Shown here in pieces: positions 56,559 to 64,000 of a stretch of DNA of 64,000 bases. Every line of letters starts with the position of its first letter. Within the stretch, counting starts at the first letter, position 1. Under the pieces are notes generated by a model. It was not told the DNA's origin and made no database searches. It saw only the letters and a list, made by a program, of their open reading frames with translations. The DNA comes from Clostridiales bacterium (GTDB taxonomy: Bacteria; Bacillota; Clostridia; Oscillospirales; CAG-272). The position numbers were made by a program, and so were the translations under genes. The stretch lies in NCBI GenBank assembly GCA_003150035.1, contig QALR01000015.1, positions 3,005 to 67,004 on the forward strand, in the 5' to 3' direction.

Positions 56559-58007
56559 ATGCGTCTTTCACAAATTCTTTATCCAAATGAAATTCTCTCC
56601 CCCGGCATGAGGGGCGATTTCCACGTCGGCATGCCTTGCCGAGACTCCAGAAACGTCAAACCGGGCGATGTTTTCTTCTGCATAGACGGAGCGACGGAGG
56701 GCGGCCTTTCCTACATGAGAGAAGCAGAGCATGCCGGCGCCCACGCGATTGTCCTGGAAAAGGGCGATATGGCACGGACCCGCGGCATGAGTATCCCCGT
56801 CATCGAGGTTGAAAACGTGCGCGAATCCTATGCGCTCGCATGGAGCCGCGCACTCGGTATGCCGCAGAAATCGCTTCGGCTTTTCGCCGTCACCGGGACC
56901 AACGGAAAAACCTCCGTTTCCTATTTTCTTTCCGAGCTTTTCCGCATGGCAGGATACCGCACCGGGCTTATCGGGACGGTGGAATATTCAGACGGTGCTC
57001 ACAGCACCGCTTCCGATTATACAACCCCTCCTCCGGAGGAGCTGTACCCTCTGCTCTTGGAAATGAAAGAAGCCGGCACAAATCTTGTCGTGATGGAGGC
57101 ATCGTCCCATGCCATCTCTCAGGCCCGGCTGTTCGGGCTGACCTTTGAAACAGGAATTTTCACCAATCTCTCAAGAGATCACCTGGACTACCACAAAACC
57201 TGGGAAGCGTACAGGGACGCCAAAGCGGGACTTTTCAGAAACAGTCGGAATTCCCTCCTCAATCTTGACGACGATGCGGCACAGTATATGGGATTTGCAG
57301 CAAACGCAGACGTATATTATTACTCGGGAAGCAATCCGAACGCTGAGTTTTTCATGAGTGCCATCCGGTGCACAGCGTCCGGCAGCCATTATCTTCTCCA
57401 TACATACGAAGGAGAATGCATACCGGTGGAAGCCCCGCTTATCGGCAGCTTCAACGTCTACAACAGCGCGGCCGCCATCGCGGCGGCAAGACTTGCCGGA
57501 CTTCCCGCGCAGATGCTGTCGCAGGCAGCAAAGAAGCTCACAGCTCCACCCGGAAGGCTCGAGAAACTTGCTACCTGCACCGATTTCTCTGTCTTTATCG
57601 ATTATGCACATACGCCGGACGCCTTGGAAAAAGCTCTCCTGGCGCTGCGTCCGATCGCAAAGAAGCTCACCGTGCTGTTCGGTGCCGGCGGAGAAAGAGA
57701 TCGGGGAAAACGCCCGGAAATGGGACGCATAGCGGAAGAAAATGCCGATTTTGTCATCGTCACAAGCGACAATCCGCGAAGCGAAGCGCCGGAAGCCATC
57801 ATTTCCGACATTACAGACGGTATGAAAAAAGAAAATCATATCTGCATCACCGACAGAAAAGAAGCCATTGAATATGCCGTAACCCATGCGGCGGCGGGAG
57901 AGGTTATCCTGCTTGCCGGCAAAGGACATGAAAATTATATTTGCGATAAAGCCGGGAAACATCATTTTTCCGAACGCGAAATCGTATATCAAATACTAAA
58001 AGGATAG
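56559..58007 (+). CDS. murE: UDP-N-acetylmuramoyl-L-alanyl-D-glutamate--2,6-diaminopimelate ligase
   Basis: VTGTNGKTS, the DNPR motif (TSDNPRSE), Mur ligase C-terminal domain. The ATG at 56559 follows GGAGGG. Confidence 0.9.
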   Translation: MRLSQILYPNEILSPGMRGDFHVGMPCRDSRNVKPGDVFFCIDGATEGGLSYMREAEHAGAHAIVLEKGDMARTRGMSIPVIEVENVRESYALAWSRALGMPQKSLRLFAVTGTNGKTSVSYFLSELFRMAGYRTGLIGTVEYSDGAHSTASDYTTPPPEELYPLLLEMKEAGTNLVVMEASSHAISQARLFGLTFETGIFTNLSRDHLDYHKTWEAYRDAKAGLFRNSRNSLLNLDDDAAQYMGFAANADVYYYSGSNPNAEFFMSAIRCTASGSHYLLHTYEGECIPVEAPLIGSFNVYNSAAAIAAARLAGLPAQMLSQAAKKLTAPPGRLEKLATCTDFSVFIDYAHTPDALEKALLALRPIAKKLTVLFGAGGERDRGKRPEMGRIAEENADFVIVTSDNPRSEAPEAIISDITDGMKKENHICITDRKEAIEYAVTHAAAGEVILLAGKGHENYICDKAGKHHFSEREIVYQILKG

Positions 58008-58016
58008 GATAAAAAA

Positions 58017-59420
58017 ATGTATCTCAGCCTGAATGACAGCGGAATCACCATTGAAACGCTCGCAAAATCCGCATGCGGGACCATAAGCGGAACCTCCGAC
58101 GCCGGTCTTACGGCTTACGGGATCTCCATCGATTCCAGAACCACAAAAAAAGCCGACGCTTTTATCGCGATCAGAGGAGACAAATTTGACGGTCACGATT
58201 TTCTTTCTGATGCTGCGAGAGCGGGAGCTGTTTTTGCCGTGGTGGAAAAAGTTCCGGAGAACTGCCCTATACCTTGTGTTGTCGTAGAGGATACCAGACG
58301 TGCGCTTGGCAGCATCGCGCACGCGTATCGCCAGCTGTTCCGCACCATTTCAGTCGCTGTAACCGGAAGCGTCGGAAAAACCACGACCAAGCAGTTTATT
58401 TATTCCGTTCTTGACACAAAATATAGAACGAATGAATCGCACGGAAACTTCAACAACGAGATTGGTCTGCCTCTGACGCTGCTCGGACTTACCGCTGTCC
58501 ATAAGGCGCTCGTCGTAGAAATGGGGATGAACCACCGCGGAGAGATTTCCGAGCTTTCTAAAATGGTGGAGCCGGATATTTCCGTCATCACAGGCATCGG
58601 AACCGCTCATATTGAAAATCTAGGCACGAGAGAAAATATTCGGGATGCCAAGATGGAAATCATAGACGGAATGAAGCCTGGCGGCATCCTGATTCTCAAT
58701 GGAGACGATCCCCTGCTGCGCGATGTGGAAGCTGACGGCATCTGCAAAATCTACATCGGAATTGAAAATGAGGACTGTACCTACAGCGCAAAAAATATCC
58801 GTATGTTCGCCGAGCATATGCTCTTCGACATCCGCCTGCACGACGGAGAAATCATGAACAATGTGCGGGTCAACGTCATCGGCCGCCATAACATTTACAA
58901 CGCCCTTGTCGCCTGCGTATGCGGTATTCTGCTCGGCGTGCCGGAAGAAAAAATCCGCTATGGACTTCTCAATTTTTCTCCGGCCGAGATGAGGCAGCAC
59001 ATTGAGGAGAAAAACGGAATTACCATCATCGAGGACTGCTACAACGCCAATCCGGAATCCATGTCCGCGGGACTTGACGTTCTTTGCCATACCGCAAAAA
59101 AGAAAAAGCTGCGTCCTATCGCCGTGCTTGGCGATATGTTGGAGCTTGGGCATGTTTCAAGGCAGGCACATTTTGATATTGGCAACGAAGCGGCAAGAAA
59201 AGGTGTTGAACGTCTGATTACCTTTGGCAAAGCGGCGCGCGATATTGCCGAAGGTGCGCTTGCTGCAGGCATGAAAAAGGAACAGATCACGATCATCGAG
59301 GATACGGAAAACGCCGAAAAAGCGGCGGATATCATCAAATCTATCATTGAAAGGGGAGACGCGGTGCTCTTCAAGGCAAGCCGCGCTATGGAACTCGAGA
59401 GAGTGATCAAATTGATTTAA
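58017..59420 (+). CDS. murF: UDP-N-acetylmuramoyl-tripeptide--D-alanyl-D-alanine ligase
   Basis: VTGSVGKTTTK, Mur ligase middle and C-terminal domains. Position after murE. Confidence 0.9.
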   Translation: MYLSLNDSGITIETLAKSACGTISGTSDAGLTAYGISIDSRTTKKADAFIAIRGDKFDGHDFLSDAARAGAVFAVVEKVPENCPIPCVVVEDTRRALGSIAHAYRQLFRTISVAVTGSVGKTTTKQFIYSVLDTKYRTNESHGNFNNEIGLPLTLLGLTAVHKALVVEMGMNHRGEISELSKMVEPDISVITGIGTAHIENLGTRENIRDAKMEIIDGMKPGGILILNGDDPLLRDVEADGICKIYIGIENEDCTYSAKNIRMFAEHMLFDIRLHDGEIMNNVRVNVIGRHNIYNALVACVCGILLGVPEEKIRYGLLNFSPAEMRQHIEEKNGITIIEDCYNANPESMSAGLDVLCHTAKKKKLRPIAVLGDMLELGHVSRQAHFDIGNEAARKGVERLITFGKAARDIAEGALAAGMKKEQITIIEDTENAEKAADIIKSIIERGDAVLFKASRAMELERVIKLI

Positions 59421-59432
59421 CGGAGAGAACAC

Positions 59433-60434
59433 ATGCTGAAGGTTTTCATTTTATCGGTTGTCTTGACACTAATATTGACCGTGCTTTTTTCTAAAAAATT
59501 TATTCCTGCACTTATCAGCCGAAAGATGGGACAGCCGATACTGGAAATCGGTCCGAGATGGCACAAATCAAAGGAAGGTACGCCCACCATGGGCGGACTT
59601 TTCTTCATTGCCGCCATTTTTATCGTGGGCATCCTCTTCTCTTTCTTTGTTTTTCCGAAAGAAGACCTGCCGCGCGTCTGGATCACCCTCGGCATGGCAG
59701 CCGCCTTTGGAGCCGTCGGCTTTATCGACGACCGCGCAAAGCTTCTGAAAAAGCAAAACGAAGGGCTGCGGGCTTATCAGAAATTTCTTTTTCAGGTCAT
59801 TGTCGCGGCGGCTTATCTCTTTCTGATGACACTCTACGGCGGCCTTGATACAAAGGTCATTTTCCCTTTTCTCGACAAAACGGTGGACTTTGGTATCGCC
59901 TACTACGGCTTCGCGATTATCCTCATCGTAGGCGTTAACAACAGCGTCAATCTGACGGACGGTATTGACGGACTCTGTGCATCTGTCACCGCCACCGTCG
60001 CTGCGTTCTTCGCGGTATGCGGATTCCGCCTCCCGACGCTCCTCTCTCCTGAGCATGCAAGCGACCCTACGCTTGCCGTCCTTGCCGGCATGACGTTTGG
60101 CGCCTGCATCGGCTTTCTTGTGTATAACTGGAATCCCGCAAGGGTTTTCATGGGAGACACCGGTTCTCTGTTTCTCGGCGGAATGGTTGCGGGACTTGCT
60201 TTTCTTCTTAACGTCCCGCTTGTCATCCTTGTCGTCGGACTCTTTTACGTGATAGAAGCGGCGTCCGTCATTCTTCAGGTCGGATTCTTTAAATTGACTC
60301 ATGGCAAAAGACTTTTCAAAATGGCACCCATCCATCATCATTTTGAAAAATGCGGATGGAGTGAGCCTGGCATCGCAGCGTTTGGGATTCTCCTCACCGC
60401 TGTCATAGCAGTTTTTTCCTATTGCTTTCTGTAA
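59433..60434 (+). CDS. mraY: Phospho-N-acetylmuramoyl-pentapeptide transferase
   Basis: KxGTPTMGG, NxxNLTDGIDGL, MGDTGSL, PIHHHFE. Confidence 0.93.
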   Translation: MLKVFILSVVLTLILTVLFSKKFIPALISRKMGQPILEIGPRWHKSKEGTPTMGGLFFIAAIFIVGILFSFFVFPKEDLPRVWITLGMAAAFGAVGFIDDRAKLLKKQNEGLRAYQKFLFQVIVAAAYLFLMTLYGGLDTKVIFPFLDKTVDFGIAYYGFAIILIVGVNNSVNLTDGIDGLCASVTATVAAFFAVCGFRLPTLLSPEHASDPTLAVLAGMTFGACIGFLVYNWNPARVFMGDTGSLFLGGMVAGLAFLLNVPLVILVVGLFYVIEAASVILQVGFFKLTHGKRLFKMAPIHHHFEKCGWSEPGIAAFGILLTAVIAVFSYCFL

Positions 60435-60481
60435 AGAAAAGTACTACACTATATTTGTTAACCAAAAAAAGAGGTGCTAAG

Positions 60482-61765
60482 GTGGCAAGAACAAATGAAA
60501 AAACAGCATATACCGGGAACCGGGCTCCCACAGCGCCCGCAGAGCGCGGGAATCCTGTCAAAGAATTCCTGCATGAGCTTGTCAGCTCTGACGGGACGAC
60601 GGTCTACCGCGTCCGCGGCGGTGTTGACAAGCCCTTTTTGATTCTGGTTGTCCTGCTTGTCTGCTTCGGCTCTGTTATGGTCTCCTCCGCCGGTTACGTA
60701 TATGCCGAGGCCAATATGGGCGGAGACAGCTTCTATTTTATCAAAAAGCAGCTTGTCTGGGCAGTCATCGGAATCATCGCAATGATCGGCATGTCCGTCG
60801 TCGACTATGGTTTCCTAAAGAAAATGACGCTCCCGATTTTCGGCGTCAGCTACGTTCTTCTCTGGTGTGTTTTTCTGCCCGGGATTGGCACGTCGGCAAA
60901 AGGCGCAAGACGTTGGGTGGAAATCGGGCCCATTCAGTTCCAACCATCCGAAATCATGAAATTTGCTCTTGTGCTGCTGCTTTCACTTTACATATCCAAA
61001 TTCTTGACGAAAATGAAAACATTCAAATACGGCATTTTGATTCCCGCCGGCATTATCGGACTCGTCTGTGTCACCGTTGCCCTGGAAAAACACATGTCCG
61101 GCACGATTATTCTTTTCATTCTCGGTGCATGTATGATTTTCATGTCGGGTGCTAGCATCAAGTGGATCGGCAGCATCGCGGGCGTTTTTGGCGCCGGCGC
61201 ACTCGGAATCATACTCTTTACCGATTATACCAAAGCGCGCATTGACGCGTGGCTGCACCCAGAGGATTATCTGCTTGACAATGGTTTTCAGCCTTACGAA
61301 AGCCTGCTGGCCATTGGGTCGGGCGGTCTTTTCGGAGTAGGACTTGGCAACAGCTATCAAAAGCATCTATGGCTTCCCGAGCCGCAGAACGATTTTATCT
61401 TTGCTATCGTATGCGAGGAGCTCGGACTTGTCGGCGCTCTCGCTTTAATTGCTCTATTTATCTTGCTGATTTGGCGCGGCTTTCATATTGCAAAGAAGGC
61501 GCCGGATACCTTCTCTTCCCTGCTTGTAGCGGGACTCACGGCCAAGGTCGGACTTCAGGCCCTTCTGAACATTGCCGTCGTAACCACCACCATTCCGACA
61601 ACAGGCATCGCGCTTCCCTTTTTCAGCTATGGGGGCACTGCGCTTGTCATGCAGCTTGCAGAAATGGGCATCATCTTATCGATCTCCCGCTTCTCCTCCG
61701 GAGAGCGAGTACGAAGCGAAAGCAAATCCTCGATAGATTCAACGGAAAGGAACCCTCGCGCATGA
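60482..61765 (+). CDS. ftsW: SEDS-family peptidoglycan polymerase FtsW/SpoVE
   Basis: Ten-TM SEDS layout: QPSEIMKFALVL, PEPQNDFIFA, LPFFSYGGTA. GTG at 60482 after AAGAGGTG is preferred. Confidence 0.88.
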   Translation: MARTNEKTAYTGNRAPTAPAERGNPVKEFLHELVSSDGTTVYRVRGGVDKPFLILVVLLVCFGSVMVSSAGYVYAEANMGGDSFYFIKKQLVWAVIGIIAMIGMSVVDYGFLKKMTLPIFGVSYVLLWCVFLPGIGTSAKGARRWVEIGPIQFQPSEIMKFALVLLLSLYISKFLTKMKTFKYGILIPAGIIGLVCVTVALEKHMSGTIILFILGACMIFMSGASIKWIGSIAGVFGAGALGIILFTDYTKARIDAWLHPEDYLLDNGFQPYESLLAIGSGGLFGVGLGNSYQKHLWLPEPQNDFIFAIVCEELGLVGALALIALFILLIWRGFHIAKKAPDTFSSLLVAGLTAKVGLQALLNIAVVTTTIPTTGIALPFFSYGGTALVMQLAEMGIILSISRFSSGERVRSESKSSIDSTERNPRA

Positions 61766-62907
61766 AAATTCTTCTCGCCGGCGGCGGCACAGGCGGTCAT
61801 ATCAATCCCGCCATCGCCATCGCCAACACCATCAGGGATCATGATAAAAACGCGGAAATTGCCTTTATCGCAACAAAAAAAGGTCTGGAAAACAAACTCG
61901 TTTCCAATGCCGGATATCCTATTTATCATATTGAAATGCGCGGTCTGCGCCGCAGTCTCTCGCTATCCAATCTCAAAACTGCTTATTACTATTTTACCGC
62001 ACCTCGCAAAGCCAGACGCCTGCTGCTGGAATTCGAACCGGATATTGCCATCGGAACCGGAGGCTATCTTTGTTGGCCGCTGCTGCATGCCGCCGCAAAG
62101 CTCGGAATTCCGACAGCGGTGCATGAATCCAACGCCATTCCCGGCAAGGCAGTCAAAATGTTGGAAAAGGAAGTCGATCGTATTTATACGAATTTCCCCA
62201 CCACCGCCGACTATTTGAAAGAAAAAGATAAGATACGCTGCGTCGGCAATCCGCTCATTTCCCCGCCGTCCGTGCAAGGCGGAGGCGACCTCAAAGCGCA
62301 GCTTAGGATCCCGGCCGGAACCCGGCGCGTCATTCTATCCTTCGGAGGAAGCCTTGGGGCAAAACGCATCAACGAAGAGATATTGGAGCTAATGAGAGCA
62401 CTGTCGGCGAAAAGCCCCGATGTTTTTCACATTCACGCAACCGGAAAAATCGAACACGAGGCAACAATGGCAAAAGCCAAGGAATACGGGCTCGACAAAT
62501 GTCCGAATATCCGCCTGCTTGAATATATTTATGACATGCCTCTATGGGAAAGCGTCGCCGATGTCGTCATTTGTCGTGCAGGTGCTATGACCATTTCAGA
62601 AATGGCGCTGCTCGGACGCGCCTGCATTCTGATTCCCTCTCCCAATGTCGTGAATAATCACCAATATGAAAACGCAAAACAACTCGCGGACGCCGGTGCT
62701 GCTGTTCTACTGGAGGAAAAATACCTGACATCCAATGTGCTTTATGACAGTGTATGCAGCATCTTGTATAATAAAGAAACCTCGCGTCGATTATCAGAAG
62801 CTATTAAAACCTTTGCCCATCCATCGTCCCAAGAGGAAATCTACGAGGATCTGCGAATGCTTGTCAGCCGCGATGTGCTGACTCTTATCCAAAAGAAAGA
62901 AACTTGA
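61762..62907 (+). CDS. murG: UDP-N-acetylglucosamine--N-acetylmuramyl-(pentapeptide) pyrophosphoryl-undecaprenol N-acetylglucosamine transferase
   Basis: MKILLAGGGTGGHINPAIA, GGSLGA, and the NHQ..NA motif region. The ATG overlaps the ftsW stop. Confidence 0.92.
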   Translation: MKILLAGGGTGGHINPAIAIANTIRDHDKNAEIAFIATKKGLENKLVSNAGYPIYHIEMRGLRRSLSLSNLKTAYYYFTAPRKARRLLLEFEPDIAIGTGGYLCWPLLHAAAKLGIPTAVHESNAIPGKAVKMLEKEVDRIYTNFPTTADYLKEKDKIRCVGNPLISPPSVQGGGDLKAQLRIPAGTRRVILSFGGSLGAKRINEEILELMRALSAKSPDVFHIHATGKIEHEATMAKAKEYGLDKCPNIRLLEYIYDMPLWESVADVVICRAGAMTISEMALLGRACILIPSPNVVNNHQYENAKQLADAGAAVLLEEKYLTSNVLYDSVCSILYNKETSRRLSEAIKTFAHPSSQEEIYEDLRMLVSRDVLTLIQKKET

Positions 62908-62968
62908 CAGGCGAACAAAATATCCGCTTGCTCGTTAATAAGTCGTTTCTCTGAAACGGCGGAAAGGC

Positions 62969-63775
62969 ATGACAAGGATGAAAAAAAGCGGCCCCCAAAA
63001 AACAGCTATCATAACGGGAACCGATTTGAAAAGACGAAATTTTCTCATCGTGTTTTTTTTCTGTGCGATTACTCTATCGCTTGTCATTTGGTTTTTATCG
63101 GGGTGCCGCATCAGGACCGTCGTCGTCGAAAACGCACTTGCCGTTTCGGAACAGAGTATTCTGGATGCCGCCGACATCAAAATCGGACGGCATCAATATG
63201 CCATCGATAAATCAGATATCGCTGCTCGCGTAAAAGCCGTCAGTCCGTATATCAAAAGCGTTACCGTCGAGCGGCACCTGCCCACAGAGCTTTCTCTGAT
63301 TATTGAAGAATACGAACCACTCTACTATACGGAATATAATGGGACCTTCTGGATTCTGTCGGATTCTCTGCTTGTGTTGGAAGTCTTTCCAGATGAGCTC
63401 TCTGCCAAAGAGAGGGCTCAAACCCTTCTTCTTCTCCCCGAAATCAAAAGCTGTAAGCTGGGAGCACCGCTCGAATTCGCCGATGAATCCGACGACAAGG
63501 CTGCACGGGAAAGCCTCGCTGTCTTTCAGGAAAGCCTCTTCCCCGAGCCGCTTTCATCGCTCGATCTTTCAGAGAAATTCAACATCACGGCAAATATGCA
63601 AGACAAATACACGCTCATCTATGGCGACATGCAAAATCTGAAAGAAAAAATTCAGTTCAGCCTGCGCACAGTCCGCTATCTTTCAGAAAATATGTACGGC
63701 GTCACCGGCACTATCTATGCCGCAAAGCTTGGTATGGCGTCGTTTGAAATCACCGGCGTCTTAGAAACAGAATAA
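62969..63775 (+). CDS. ftsQ: Cell division protein FtsQ/DivIB (TM plus POTRA)
   Basis: TM anchor, then a POTRA-like segment (IRTVVVENALAVSEQSILDAADIKIG). Position after murG. Confidence 0.7.
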   Translation: MTRMKKSGPQKTAIITGTDLKRRNFLIVFFFCAITLSLVIWFLSGCRIRTVVVENALAVSEQSILDAADIKIGRHQYAIDKSDIAARVKAVSPYIKSVTVERHLPTELSLIIEEYEPLYYTEYNGTFWILSDSLLVLEVFPDELSAKERAQTLLLLPEIKSCKLGAPLEFADESDDKAARESLAVFQESLFPEPLSSLDLSEKFNITANMQDKYTLIYGDMQNLKEKIQFSLRTVRYLSENMYGVTGTIYAAKLGMASFEITGVLETE

Positions 63776-63872
63776 AACTGTCAAACGAGTCCACAATTTA
63801 CACAAACGGGGAGATTTTGGTCGATTTTAATAAAAATTTTTTTGTTTTTGAGAATATTTTTCAAAAAACATC

Positions 63873-63901
63873 TTGCAAATATGCAAAAAACATATTACAA
63901 T
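63873..63901 (+). promoter_or_regulatory. Candidate promoter upstream of ftsZ
   Basis: TTGCAA, 17 nt, TACAAT. Confidence 0.45.
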
Positions 63902-63949
63902 AGTATTGTGTACCATTATCGAGATCAATGGCAGGAGGAAGATAAAAAA

Positions 63950-64000
63950 ATGGGATTCGAATTCAATTCTAATTACGACAGCGGCGTTAAAATAAAAGTA
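63950..64000 (+). CDS. ftsZ: Cell division GTPase FtsZ, first 17 codons (runs off the window)
   Basis: MGFEFNSNYDSGVKIKV matches the usual FtsZ N-terminus (xFEF...IKV, then GVGGGG). RBS GGAGGAAG. Position after ftsQ. Confidence 0.6.
   Translation, partial: MGFEFNSNYDSGVKIKV

Overview
This window looks like a chromosomal segment from a spore-forming Clostridia-type Firmicute; the evidence is spoVD/spoVE-type dcw genes, an IspH-S1 fusion, a reverse rubrerythrin with PerR, and a CotJC-like gene. No rRNA gene, complete tRNA gene or CRISPR array was found.

Gene content, left to right:
- 1-2.8 kb: the end of an integrative element carrying three translationally coupled serine-recombinase-family genes.
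- 2.9-5.7 kb: a small block that looks A+T-richer by eye (lipoprotein, MerR regulator, kinase-like phosphotransferase).
- 6.0-7.1 kb: perR and reverse rubrerythrin.
- 7.3-12.5 kb: a LytTR response regulator, a histidine kinase with no transmembrane region, and two half-size ABC exporters.
- 12.6-22.2 kb: galE, a polysaccharide deacetylase, an ECF sigma factor, ribF, and a DD-carboxypeptidase homologue whose three catalytic motifs are all degenerate.
- 22.6-27.8 kb: a long, eukaryote-type GMP synthase and an ABC-2 transporter operon.
- 28.0-34.3 kb: a DeoR-linked 2-oxoacid dehydrogenase cluster in the order E2, E3, fused E1 alpha-beta.
- 34.6-38.8 kb: a DUF3737 protein, an M28 peptidase, and an acyl-AMP ligase with an ACP.
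- 42.3-51.9 kb: cdd-deoB, an ABC-F ATPase, and cmk-plsC-ispH/rpsA.
- 52.1-64.0 kb: a dcw cluster (mraZ-rsmH-ftsL-pbp-murE-murF-mraY-ftsW-murG-ftsQ-ftsZ') with no murD or ftsA.

The most unusual locus is at 39.2-42.2 kb. A GT2-TPR (SunS-like) protein glycosyltransferase sits directly upstream of a 577-aa G-X-T collagen-like protein. That protein has a very cysteine-rich N-terminus, no signal peptide, two copies of an internal non-collagen module, and near-perfect higher-order DNA repeats. I read it as a candidate glycosylated spore-surface or cell-surface filament system, related to BclA but with a different architecture.

All calls rest on reading the translations and the DNA by eye. No database search was run.
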